Shown here one piece after another: positions 13,017 to 22,900 of a DNA stretch of 64,000 bases. The DNA comes from Escherichia coli (GTDB lineage: Bacteria; Pseudomonadota; Gammaproteobacteria; Enterobacterales; Enterobacteriaceae). Each line of letters starts with the position of its first letter. The first letter of the stretch is position 1. Under the pieces are notes generated by a model. The model was given only the letters and a program-made list of their open reading frames with translations. It made no database searches and had not been told where the DNA came from. The position numbers were made by a program, and so were the translations under genes. Location: the NCBI RefSeq assembly GCF_029227855.1, contig NZ_CP074356.1. The stretch is one strand, 5' to 3'.

Positions 13017-13175
13017 TGGAGGAATTATGAAACACTATCGGGAATCGTCTGAATGGCGGGCACATTTGCGAGCACGCATCCAGTAATAACACATGAAACT
13101 ATTTTATCTACGCGTTAGCGATAGACTACGTGCATGGCGAAAGGAGGTAAGCCGATGATTTCAGCGGGACGCTGA

Positions 13176-13320
13176 AACGGGAAAGCCCCTCCCGAGGAAG
13201 GGGCCATAAATAAATAAGGAAAGGGTCATGATGAAGCTACTCATCATCGTGGTGCTCTTAGTCATTAGCTGGCCAGCTTACTAAGACTACCAGGGCGGGG
13301 GAAACCCCGCTCTACCCTCA
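13176..13320 (-). ncRNA. Sib-type antisense sRNA, copy 1 (antitoxin of ibs)
   Basis: Minus-strand promoter TTGACA (13355..13350), 17-bp spacer, TACTTT (13332..13327); transcript fully overlaps ibs copy 1; GC-rich hairpin (13186..13205) followed by a U-rich stretch on the minus strand. Ends are approximate. Confidence 0.5.
13228..13284 (+). CDS. Type I toxin Ibs, 18 aa hydrophobic peptide (MMKLLIIVVLLVISWPAY)
   Basis: ATGATG start followed by a hydrophobic 18-codon ORF, typical of Ibs toxins, preceded by AAGGAAAGGG. Confidence 0.75.
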   Translation: MMKLLIIVVLLVISWPAY

Positions 13321-13506
13321 CTCCTGAAAGTATGCCTTCACGATAAGATTGTCAATCTGCAGGCTTTGCAGTCTGCGATCCTGCCAGCAAATATTCTTTG
13401 CGAGACGTTACGCAATAATCACACTGGAAACTATTTTATCCGCAAGTCAGCGATAGACTGCATACAGGGCGAAAGGAGGTAAGCCGACGATTTCAGCGGG
13501 ACGCTG

Positions 13507-13648
13507 AAACGGGAAAGCCCCTCCCGAGGAAGGGGCCTTAAATAAGGAAAGGGTCATGATGAAGATACTCATCATCGTGGTGCTCTTAGTGATTAGCTAC
13601 CCAGCATACTAAGACTACCAGGGCGGGGGAAACCCCGCTCTACCCTCA
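13507..13648 (-). ncRNA. Sib-type antisense sRNA, copy 2
   Basis: Same architecture as copy 1: minus-strand TTGACA (13683..13678), 17-bp spacer, TAATTT (13660..13655); hairpin plus U-rich 3' end near 13507. Ends are approximate. Confidence 0.5.
13556..13612 (+). CDS. Type I toxin Ibs, 18 aa (MMKILIIVVLLVISYPAY)
   Basis: Paralogue of copy 1 at the same position in repeat unit 2. Confidence 0.75.
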   Translation: MMKILIIVVLLVISYPAY

Positions 13649-13835
13649 CTCCTGAAATTATGCCTTCACGATAAGATTGTCAATCTGCAGGCTTTGCAGT
13701 CTGCGATCCTGCCAGCAAATATTCTTTGCGAGTCGTTACGCAATAATCACAGAGGAAACTATTTTGTTCACGCGTTAGCGATAGACTGCATTCAGGGCGA
13801 AAGGAGGTAAGCCGACGATTTCAGCGGGACGCTGA

Positions 13836-13983
13836 AACGGGAAACCCTCTCCCGGAGAAGAGGGCTTTTAATAAGGAAAGGGTTATGATGAAGCACGTCA
13901 TCATACTGGTGATACTCTTAGTGATTAGCTTCCAGGCTTACTAAGAACACCAGGGGGAGGTGGAAACCTCTCCCTAACCCTCA
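13836..13983 (-). ncRNA. Sib-type antisense sRNA, copy 3
   Basis: Minus-strand TTGACA (14018..14013), 17-bp spacer, TAATTT (13995..13990); diverged hairpin CCCTCTCCCGGAGAAGAGGG. Ends are approximate. Confidence 0.45.
13885..13944 (+). CDS. ibsA: Type I toxin Ibs, 19 aa (MMKHVIILVILLVISFQAY), IbsA-like
   Basis: The 19-aa peptide matches the remembered IbsA sequence; it is the most diverged of the three copies. Confidence 0.7.
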   Translation: MMKHVIILVILLVISFQAY

Positions 13984-14164
13984 CTCCTGAAATTATGTCA
14001 CTCCGCCCTTAGTGTCAATCGACGGCTCTCCGTTCTTGCGAGGCGAATAGCAAAATTTTCTGCGCCGCCGGGCCTAATTCTGAAAGTTTCTTCGTTTGCT
14101 CTTATTTCATTATTGCAGTCGGTATGATACCGGACCTCAATAATTCTCTAAGAAAGGATTTCTT

Positions 14165-14824
14165 ATGAGCGAACAAATCACGTTTGCCACCAGCGATTTT
14201 GCCAGTAACCCGGAACCACGTTGCCCCTGCATTTTGCTGTTGGATGTTTCTGGTTCGATGAGTGGTAGACCTATTAATGAACTTAACGCCGGATTGGTTA
14301 CCTTTCGCGATGAGCTGCTTGCCGATTCGCTGGCCTTAAAAAGAGTGGAACTCGGTATTGTGACGTTCGGCCCGGTGCATGTGGAACAACCCTTTACCAG
14401 CGCCGCTAATTTTTTCCCGCCCATCCTGTTTGCCCAAGGCGATACACCAATGGGGGCCGCCATTACCAAAGCCCTGGATATGGTTGAGGAGCGCAAACGT
14501 GAGTATCGCGCCAATGGTATTTCCTATTATCGTCCGTGGATTTTCCTGATCACTGATGGCGCACCAACCGATGAGTGGCAGGCTGCCGCCAACAAAGTGT
14601 TTCAGGGGGAAGAAGATAAGAAGTTTGCCTTCTTTTCCATCGGTGTTCAGGGGGCGGATATGAAGACTTTGGCACAAATCAGCGTTCGTCAGCCTTTGCC
14701 ACTGCAGGGATTACAATTCCGTGAACTGTTTAGCTGGTTATCCAGTTCGCTGCGTTCGGTTTCCCGCTCCACGCCGGGAACGGAAGTTGTGCTGGAAGCG
14801 CCAAAAGGCTGGACGTCAGTGTGA
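14165..14824 (+). CDS. yegL: von Willebrand factor A (vWA, TerY-like) domain protein YegL
   Basis: 219 aa; MIDAS motif DVSGSMSG in [15 protein letters not shown]; first gene of the yegL-yegK-yegI operon. Confidence 0.9.
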   Translation: MSEQITFATSDFASNPEPRCPCILLLDVSGSMSGRPINELNAGLVTFRDELLADSLALKRVELGIVTFGPVHVEQPFTSAANFFPPILFAQGDTPMGAAITKALDMVEERKREYRANGISYYRPWIFLITDGAPTDEWQAAANKVFQGEEDKKFAFFSIGVQGADMKTLAQISVRQPLPLQGLQFRELFSWLSSSLRSVSRSTPGTEVVLEAPKGWTSV

Positions 14825-15582
14825 GCTGGCGTCTGGTCTATGCATCAACCGTTGGAACGTCGCACATCAGCGCGGACTTGCCTTGCCAGGATGCCTGCCA
14901 GATGCAGGTTGCCTGGTTAAATGACCAGCAGCCATTATTGTCGGTATTTGTCGCTGATGGCGCAGGCAGTGTCTCGCAGGGTGGCGAAGGCGCGATGCTC
15001 GCCGTCAATGAAGCGATGGCTTATATGTCGCAAAAAGTGCAGGGCGGGGAATTGGGGCTTAATGATGTCCTCGCCACGGATATTGTGCTGACCATTCGTC
15101 AACGACTTTTTGCCGAGGCGGAAGCCAAAGAATTAGCGGTTCGCGATTTTGCCTGCACATTTCTGGGACTGATTTCATCGCCTGACGGCACCTTGATTAT
15201 GCAGATTGGCGATGGCGGCGTGGTGGTAGATTTGGGTCACGGTCTGCAATTGCCTCTCACGCCGATGGTGGGTGAATATGCCAACATGACGCACTTCATT
15301 ACCGACGAAGATGCCGTTTCCAGACTGGAAACTTTCACCAGCACTGGGCGTGCGCATAAAGTTGCAGCATTTACGGATGGTATTCAGCGACTGGCGTTAA
15401 ATATGCTGGATAATTCTCCGCATGTGCCTTTCTTTACCCCGTTTTTCAATGGACTGGCGTCAGCAACGCAGGAACAACTCGATTTATTACCTGAATTGTT
15501 AAAGCAGTTTTTGTCCAGCCCGGCGGTAAACGAGCGTACCGATGATGATAAAACGTTGGCACTGGCGCTGTGGTTACCATGA
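14821..15582 (+). CDS. yegK: PP2C-family Ser/Thr protein phosphatase YegK (PphC)
   Basis: 253 aa; GTG start overlapping the yegL stop (GTGA); PP2C-like metal-binding signature (FVADGAGS...); matches remembered PphC. Confidence 0.9.
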   Translation: MSWRLVYASTVGTSHISADLPCQDACQMQVAWLNDQQPLLSVFVADGAGSVSQGGEGAMLAVNEAMAYMSQKVQGGELGLNDVLATDIVLTIRQRLFAEAEAKELAVRDFACTFLGLISSPDGTLIMQIGDGGVVVDLGHGLQLPLTPMVGEYANMTHFITDEDAVSRLETFTSTGRAHKVAAFTDGIQRLALNMLDNSPHVPFFTPFFNGLASATQEQLDLLPELLKQFLSSPAVNERTDDDKTLALALWLP

Positions 15583-17519
15583 AACCCACTTTATATACTG
15601 CTACTGGTGAGTGCGTTACGCCAGGCCGTGAACTGGGCAAAGGTGGCGAAGGCGCGGTTTATGATATCGAGGAGTTTGTCGATAGCGTCGCTAAGATTTA
15701 TCACACGCCGCCACCCGCCTTAAAACAGGACAAACTTGCCTTTATGGCTGCGACAGCTGACGCGCAGTTGTTGAATTATGTCGCCTGGCCGCAGGCAACG
15801 CTTCACGGTGGACGAGGCGGAAAGGTTATCGGTTTTATGATGCCAAAAGTTTCTGGTAAAGAACCGATTCATATGATCTATAGCCCGGCACATCGTCGCC
15901 AGAGTTACCCTCATTGTGCGTGGGATTTTCTACTCTATGTTGCGCGCAATATTGCTTCATCTTTTGCTACGATTCACGAGCACGGGCACGTCGTGGGTGA
16001 CGTAAACCAGAATAGCTTTATGGTAGGTCGCGACAGCAAAGTGGTGTTGATTGATAGCGACTCCTTTCAGATTAACGCTAATGGCACGTTGCATTTATGC
16101 GAAGTTGGCGTGTCGCATTTTACGCCGCCAGAGCTACAAACCTTGTCGTCATTTGTCGGCTTTGAACGCACAGAAAATCACGATAATTTTGGCCTAGCGT
16201 TGCTGATTTTTCACGTCTTGTTTGGTGGGCGGCATCCTTATTCTGGTGTGCCGCTTATCTCTGATGCGGGGAATGCACTGGAGACGGATATTGCCCATTT
16301 CCGTTATGCCTACGCGTCAGATAATCAGCGACGTGGTTTAAAACCGCCGCCACGATCTATTCCGCTGTCGATGTTACCGGGCGATGTTGAAGCCATGTTT
16401 CAGCAGGCATTCACGGAAAGTGGCGTGGCAACCGGGCGTCCGACGGCAAAAGCGTGGGTAGCGGCACTTGATTCTCTACGCCAACAGTTAAAGAAATGTA
16501 CCGTTTCGGCAATGCATGTTTACCCCGGTCATTTGACTGACTGCCCGTGGTGTGCGCTGGATAATCAAGGCGTTATCTATTTTATTGATCTCGGCGAAGA
16601 GGTCATTACCACCGGCGGTGATTTTGTGCTGGCGAAAGTCTGGGCGATGGTGATGGCGTCAGTAGCACCGCCAGCATTGCAACTGCCATTACCCGATCAT
16701 TTTCAACCGACCGGCAGGCCGCTTCCTTTAGGCCTGTTACGGCGTGAATACATCATTCTGATTGAGATCGCACTGTCAGCGTTATCGCTGTTGCTTTGCG
16801 GCCTTCAGACAGAACCGCGTTATATTATTTTGGTTCCTGTGCTGGCGGCTATCTGGATTATTGGCAGCCTGACAAGCAAAGCGTACCAAGCAGAAATCCA
16901 GCAACGCCGTGAGGCGTTTAATCGTGCGAAAATGGACTATGACCATTTAGTCAGCCAGACCCAACGGTTGGGCGGGCTGGAAGGTTTTATAGCCAAACGG
17001 ACGATGCTCGAAAAAATGAAGGACGAAATTCTTGGGTTACCGGAAGAAGAAAAGCGCGATCTGGCAGCACTTCAGGACACCGCAAGGGAACGGCAGAAGC
17101 AGAAGTTTCTGGAGGGATTTTTTATTGATGTTGCCTCTATTCCCGGCGTTGGCCCTGTGCGTAAAGCGGCGTTACGGTCCTTTGGTATTGAAACGGCGGC
17201 AGACGTTACCCGACGGAGCGTTAAGCAAGTGAAAGGTTTTGGTGATCATCTGACCCAGGCGGTTATCGACTGGAAAGCGAGTTGCGAACGCCGTTTTGTT
17301 TTCAGGCCGAACGAAGCGGTAACGCCTGCAGACAGACAAGCGGTAATGGCAAAAATGGCCGCCAAACGACATCGGCTGGAATCGGCGCTGACTGTCGGCG
17401 CGACAGAGTTGCAGCGATTCCGCCTTCATGCTCCAGCACGGACCATGCCGTTGATGGAACCGTTACGTCAGGCGGCAGAAAAACTGGCTCAGGCGCAGGC
17501 AGATTTAAGCCGCTGCTGA
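15579..17519 (+). CDS. yegI: Hanks-type (eukaryotic-like) Ser/Thr protein kinase YegI
   Basis: ATG at 15579 overlaps the yegK stop (ATGA); glycine-rich loop LGKGGEGAVYD, catalytic-loop-like HVVGDVNQNS and DFG-like IDSDSF; C-terminal predicted TM segment and coiled-coil region. An alternative GTG start at 15570 is possible. Confidence 0.9.
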   Translation: MKPTLYTATGECVTPGRELGKGGEGAVYDIEEFVDSVAKIYHTPPPALKQDKLAFMAATADAQLLNYVAWPQATLHGGRGGKVIGFMMPKVSGKEPIHMIYSPAHRRQSYPHCAWDFLLYVARNIASSFATIHEHGHVVGDVNQNSFMVGRDSKVVLIDSDSFQINANGTLHLCEVGVSHFTPPELQTLSSFVGFERTENHDNFGLALLIFHVLFGGRHPYSGVPLISDAGNALETDIAHFRYAYASDNQRRGLKPPPRSIPLSMLPGDVEAMFQQAFTESGVATGRPTAKAWVAALDSLRQQLKKCTVSAMHVYPGHLTDCPWCALDNQGVIYFIDLGEEVITTGGDFVLAKVWAMVMASVAPPALQLPLPDHFQPTGRPLPLGLLRREYIILIEIALSALSLLLCGLQTEPRYIILVPVLAAIWIIGSLTSKAYQAEIQQRREAFNRAKMDYDHLVSQTQRLGGLEGFIAKRTMLEKMKDEILGLPEEEKRDLAALQDTARERQKQKFLEGFFIDVASIPGVGPVRKAALRSFGIETAADVTRRSVKQVKGFGDHLTQAVIDWKASCERRFVFRPNEAVTPADRQAVMAKMAAKRHRLESALTVGATELQRFRLHAPARTMPLMEPLRQAAEKLAQAQADLSRC

Positions 17520-17531
17520 GCCATTTTTCAA

Positions 17532-18884
17532 TTAACGAAACACCACTTCCGCCCAGCGTGCCAGCCCGGCGGTGACGGAGCCAAAGTCATCGCCGCCTGC
17601 AATCGGAATGCCCGGCAACTGTTCTGCCAGCGCTTTTTTAATCAGCGGCGAACGGGCGCTACCGCCGGTCAGGTAGATGACATCCGGTTTTTCCTGGGCG
17701 TTATCCAGCGCCAGTTGCACCTGTTCCAGAATCCGCATCAGTGGCTGGTTGAGGGCGCTTTCCAGCCCTTGCTGGCTAATCAGCGTAGCCAGTTCATCGC
17801 TGATAAACGGCAGTGAGGCGCGGGTTTCCGCTACGCTTGAAAGCGCAATTTTGCTCTCTTCTGCGCTACGTACCAGGCGATAGCTTAAACGCTGACGCCA
17901 GACTTTCTGTAACAGGGCCACTTTTTCCGGTTCGCGGGCATCGCGTACCAGATCGTTAAGCAGACGACCGTTGGCACTACTGTAGAAATCACTTTGCGCA
18001 GGTACGTCGTTGATGGCAACCGCATTCCACCACGGCAGAATCGGCAGGGCGATGCCTTTTTCGGTTTCGCCACCCATGCCCAGTAACGGCATCAGGTTTT
18101 TAAACGCCAGTGCGATATCCAGATCGTTACCGCCAATACGGCAACCACTGTGACCCAGCAGGCTGGCTTCACGATCGAGACGCGAACGCCACTGCGGCCC
18201 CATCAGCAGCAATGAACAGTCAGTCGTACCACCGCCGATATCCACCACCAGCACCCGTTTTTCTTCCTGCAAGGTGGCTTCGTAATCCAGCCCAGCCGCG
18301 ACCGGCTCGTACTGGAATACCACATCCTTAAACCCGGCACGCTTCGCCGCGCGTTCCAGAATCCCCTGCGCCTGGGTGTTTGCTTCATCGCCGCCCAGCC
18401 CCTGGAAGTTGATAGGGCGACCAATCACCGCCTGAGTAATCGCTTCTGGCAGCTGTGCCTGCGCCTGCTGGCGAATGTGCAACATCATTGCGCAGACCAG
18501 ATCCTCAAACAGCGCTACCTGCTGCGGTTTTAAGCCGCTGGCACCGAGGAACGATTTTGGTGATTTCACAAACCACACTTCTTCTGGATCATCAATGTAC
18601 TGTGCCAGTGAGGAAAGACCGAACTGCACGCTTTTCGCCGTAACATCGATATCTTCTTCGCGGTTATAACGAATCGCCCGACGCAACAGCGCCTGCGTTT
18701 CATCGTCGTCTGCCGGAACATCATGATGGCGGTACAGCCATTCGCTTACCGCTTCACGCGTTGGCGCGCAAAGCATTGAAGGCAGCAGCGTGCTGTCGTT
18801 TTCCATTTTCAGTAATTGCGGCTTACCGTCGCGCATGACCGCCACTGAACAGTTTGCTGTACCGTAATCAAAACCAATAAACAC
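17532..18884 (-). CDS. yegD: Hsp70/actin-like ATPase family protein YegD
   Basis: 450 aa from GTG at 18884 with GGGGA Shine-Dalgarno upstream; phosphate-1 motif FIGFDYGTANCSVAV and DIGGGTTDCSLL (Hsp70 fold); convergent with yegI. Confidence 0.85.
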   Translation of the reverse strand: MFIGFDYGTANCSVAVMRDGKPQLLKMENDSTLLPSMLCAPTREAVSEWLYRHHDVPADDDETQALLRRAIRYNREEDIDVTAKSVQFGLSSLAQYIDDPEEVWFVKSPKSFLGASGLKPQQVALFEDLVCAMMLHIRQQAQAQLPEAITQAVIGRPINFQGLGGDEANTQAQGILERAAKRAGFKDVVFQYEPVAAGLDYEATLQEEKRVLVVDIGGGTTDCSLLLMGPQWRSRLDREASLLGHSGCRIGGNDLDIALAFKNLMPLLGMGGETEKGIALPILPWWNAVAINDVPAQSDFYSSANGRLLNDLVRDAREPEKVALLQKVWRQRLSYRLVRSAEESKIALSSVAETRASLPFISDELATLISQQGLESALNQPLMRILEQVQLALDNAQEKPDVIYLTGGSARSPLIKKALAEQLPGIPIAGGDDFGSVTAGLARWAEVVFR

Positions 18885-19017
18885 GAAATAATCCCCATGC
18901 CGGTGAAGAAGGGGCGTGACTTTAGCGAAATGTTGCCGTCGCGACAACCGGAATATGAAAGCAAAGCGTAGCGTCTGAATAACGTTTATGCTGAAAGCGG
19001 ATTAACAAGGAGATGCG

Positions 19018-19875
19018 ATGTATACCTTGAACTGGCAGCCGCCGTATGACTGGTCGTGGATGTTGGGATTTCTCGCCGCCCGTGCGGTGAACGGTGTGGA
19101 AACGGTCGCTGACGATTATTATGCCCGTAGTCTGGCGGTGGGCGAATGTCGCGGCGTGGTGACTGCTATTCCGGATATAGCCAGCCATACTCTGCACATA
19201 AATTTAAGTGCAGGTTTAGAACCCGTTGCCGCAGAGTGTCTGGCGAAAATGAGCCGCCTGTTTGATCTGCAATGTAACCCGCAGATTGTTAACGGTGCGT
19301 TGGGCAAGTTAGGCGCGGCACGGCCCGGATTGCGTTTACCCGGTTGTGTTGATGCTTTTGAGCAGGGCGTGCGGGCGATTTTAGGCCAGCTGGTGAGCGT
19401 GGCGATGGCGGCAAAATTGACCGCCAGAGTGGCACAGCTTTATGGCGAACGGCTGGATGATTTTCCGGATTATGTCTGCTTCCCCACGCCTCAGCGGCTG
19501 GCAGCAGCCGACCCGCAGGCATTAAAAGCGTTAGGTATGCCGTTGAAACGGGCAGAGGCGCTGATTAATCTGGCAAATGCGGCGCTGGAGGGCACCTTAC
19601 CAATGACAATTCCGGGCGACGTAGAGCAAGCGATGAAAACGCTGCAAACTTTTCCGGGTATCGGGCGCTGGACGGCGAATTATTTCGCCTTACGTGGCTG
19701 GCAGGCGAAAGATGTTTTCCTGCCGGATGATTATCTGATTAAACAGCGATTTCCGGGAATGACACCGGCACAAATCCGCCGTTATGCCGAACGCTGGAAG
19801 CCCTGGCGTTCTTATGCGCTGTTGCATATCTGGTATACGGAAGGCTGGCAACCAGACGGAACGGACGAATTGTAG
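19018..19875 (+). CDS. alkA: 3-methyladenine DNA glycosylase II AlkA
   Basis: 285 aa; MYTLNWQPPYDWSWMLGFLAARAV... matches remembered AlkA. Confidence 0.95.
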   Translation: MYTLNWQPPYDWSWMLGFLAARAVNGVETVADDYYARSLAVGECRGVVTAIPDIASHTLHINLSAGLEPVAAECLAKMSRLFDLQCNPQIVNGALGKLGAARPGLRLPGCVDAFEQGVRAILGQLVSVAMAAKLTARVAQLYGERLDDFPDYVCFPTPQRLAAADPQALKALGMPLKRAEALINLANAALEGTLPMTIPGDVEQAMKTLQTFPGIGRWTANYFALRGWQAKDVFLPDDYLIKQRFPGMTPAQIRRYAERWKPWRSYALLHIWYTEGWQPDGTDEL

Positions 19876-19897
19876 GCCTGATACGCCGCATCAGGCG
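19876..19897. repeat. REP (repetitive extragenic palindromic) element
   Basis: GCCTGATACGCCGCATCAGGC palindrome immediately after the alkA stop. Confidence 0.45.
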
Positions 19898-19912
19898 ATG
19901 GGGAAGCTCGCC

Positions 19913-22900
19913 TCAGTTAATCGCGAAATAACTGCTATTCACCAGCAAATCCAGCGGTTGGGCATCGGCAATCACATCGCCATAAATCAGATCGACGCCG
20001 ATGCCAGAAAGCGTATCCATCACCAGGGGTAAAACTACTGGCCCGGCGATGGTCTTCATCCCGAGCCGCTGAGCGTGCCCCTGAATGATCGTAATCAGCA
20101 TCTCATCCATCAAATTTCCCTGCACGTTGGCGCATAACTCACCATCAAGTAGTAGGTAATCTGCCATATTTGCTTTCAGCGAGTTGAAGATTTGCAGATC
20201 GCGGCCCACCTGACTGAATACGATCCGACATCCCGCCAGCCGCAGTTTTTGCACGCTTTCTGCGTGATCTAAAATCGCTTCTGCCGGAATAATCAGATGT
20301 AATAACCGTGGTGGTAAAGGGCTGTTTTCCAGCTGTTCAAGCAGTTCATTTACCAGTGTGGCGCTACTCAAACCGGCAACAGAAAGGGGGAGGGCGATGC
20401 TTATGCCTTTACTGGCAATCGCTTTTGCGGCCTGCTGGAAAAAATCGTGGAATACCCGTCGGTCAAGAGCATGGCTAAGTGCCGGATCGCTGAAGCTACG
20501 ACGAAATGTTTGTTCATCAATAATCTCGCCTTCGCAACTCCAGAGCTTAAGTGAAATCAGCCACAAATTACGTGCTTCCGGGATCCGCGGCGAAGCGACA
20601 CCGTGGGCGATCATCATCAACTGATTCTCTTTAATCATCCGCCACTGTTCATCAAGCGACATCGCCGCCCGTTCGCTATGTGCGGTAGCTTGCTGCGGTT
20701 CGTAAATCGTCACCCGGCCCCGGCCACCATTTTTGGAGGCATAACAGGCGATATCAGCCTGCGACATCACTTCAGCCGCCTGATGATTGTTGTCATCAAT
20801 CAAGGTAATCCCGGCACTGGCACCTACCCGATGTACACGTCCTTCCCAGATAAAGTGATAGTCATTCACGGCGCTGATAATGCGTGTAGCGATAAAACGC
20901 GCACTTTCGACATTACAATCTGGCAGCAGCAGACCAAATTCATCGCCACCGAGTCGCGCCAGCACGTCGCTGGAGCGCAGCATACTCAGCATCAACGACG
21001 CCAGTTCGCGCAGTAAAGCGTCGCCAGCGGCGTGCCCGGCGCTGTCATTCACCGCTTTAAAGCGATCAAGATCGATAAACACCAGTGCATGTCGCTGATG
21101 TGTACTGTTTACCGTTTGCAGCAGGATGCGTAGTTGCTTCTCAAAACTGGCGCGATTGGCGAGATGCGTCAGTGCATCATGGGAGGCGCTGTAGCTCAGC
21201 TGGCGCAGCATTTTGCGCGATTCGGTGACGTCCTGAATCACCAGAACCGAGCCTATATTGCTGCCGTCCAGAGTACTTAACGGCGTAATACTATAATGCA
21301 CGTCGTAGCTGCCGCCGCTCCGACAGTGCAACACCACATCTTGTTCAATCGCGGAACGTGAGGTGTCGGCACTGTAAATGTTCTCCATTAATGGTCCGTT
21401 GTCGCCAAAAGTAATATGCAACACCGTTAGGAGCGGAACACCTAATGCTTCTTCCTGCGTCCAGCCGCTCATCTTCTCCGCCACCGGATTCATAAAGGTA
21501 ATTTTCATCGCCATATCAATACAGACCACGGCTTCACCGATGGAGTCCAGCGTAATGTGCAGGCGCTCTTTTTCCTGAAACAATGCCTCGTTAAGCTGTT
21601 TCACTTCGGTCATATCCATATTAATGCCGAGCAGGCGTTCGACTTCGCCTTCTTTATTCAGTACCCGGTTAGCGAGGGCGCGGATATGGCGAATGCCGTC
21701 TTTCACGGTAATGCGAAATTCCAGTTTAAAGGGAGAGCGTGATTGCAATGAATCGCGAATCACTTTTTCGGCGTGCTGGCGATCTTCCGGCAGCACGCAC
21801 TCGTACCACACCTGCCAGTTCGGTTTGATATGCGGAGGAATTTCATACAGCTCGAACATCCGCTTATCCCAGCTAAAAATATTCGGCTTTAGCTCCCACT
21901 CCCAGATGCCAATCCCGCCCGCTTCGTTAGCCAGCGTGATGCGCTCCATCAGTTGCTGATTCACCTGTTCGGTGCGTTTTAGCTCGTTAATGTCTTCAAT
22001 CTGAGCGATAAAATAGAGCGGCGTGCCATCCGTGTGGCGTACCAGTGAGACGGCAAGCAACGCCCAGACAACATCGCCATTGCGGTTGTAGTAGCGTTTT
22101 TCCATTGAATAGGTGTTTATTTCACCGCTGATCAGCTTTTCAACCTGTTGCAGATCTTTATTGAGATCCTCCGGCCAGGTCAGTTGCTGAAAGGTGAGTC
22201 CGCGCAGTTCTTCCTGACTGTAACCGAGAAACTGGCAGAGTGCTTTGTTGGATTGCAGCCATTGCCCTTCGGTGCCCACTAATGCCATGCCGATGGCGGA
22301 ATATTCCATCGCGTTACGAAAACGGGTTTCGCTTTCGGAAATGTGTTTGCGTTCCGCACGAAAGGCATACATCACCATGGTCATGATGTTGGCGGGCAGC
22401 AGGATCAGCAAAAACGGTAGCCACGGCATATGGCTCATCAGGTATGTACGCGGCGTAGCAAGCAGGGAGGGATCAGCGGCCATCATCAGTGACACCATCA
22501 TCACCGTGGTAAGGAAGATCAAAAAGGCTTCCATTCGTGGCAGGCGCACGGCGCTCCACATCAACAGCACAATAATGAAAGTAAAAGGCCACGGCAGATA
22601 CAGCATCGAAAGCCAGCTTAACGTCAGTGTGATGGCTAACGTGAGCAGCGACTCAAAAAGCAACCGTGGGTTGCGATGGCGCAGCAGATAGTGTGGTTTA
22701 AATAACAACCCCAGCGGCACCAGTGCCAGTGCGCCGATGGATTCTGAAAGTACCCATATCAAAAATGCCCTGAGAGGATCGTCTCCGGGCGTCAGCAGGA
22801 CAACCAGAACACCCCCCAACAGAGGCGGAACAATGGCGCTGCCGAGTGCCAGACGCAGCCAGTCAGCCAGATTTTGCAATGGGTTATACCACGGCAGCAA

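Larger units (their letters stand above)
13097..14010. repeat. Three tandem ~330-bp ibs/sib repeat units
   Basis: Three near-identical units, each containing AACTATTTTATC...GCGATAGACTGCAT...GAAAGGAGGTAAGCCGACGATTTCAGCGGGACGCTGAAACGGGAAAGCCCCTCCCGAGGAAGGGG followed by an 18-19 codon ORF. Confidence 0.85.

Noticed and set aside
13097-14010. Possible CRISPR array suggested by regular repeats
   Set aside because: The repeat period is about 330 bp, each unit contains an ibs ORF with promoter and terminator signals, and there are no short direct repeats with unique spacers; this is a tandem toxin-antitoxin duplication.
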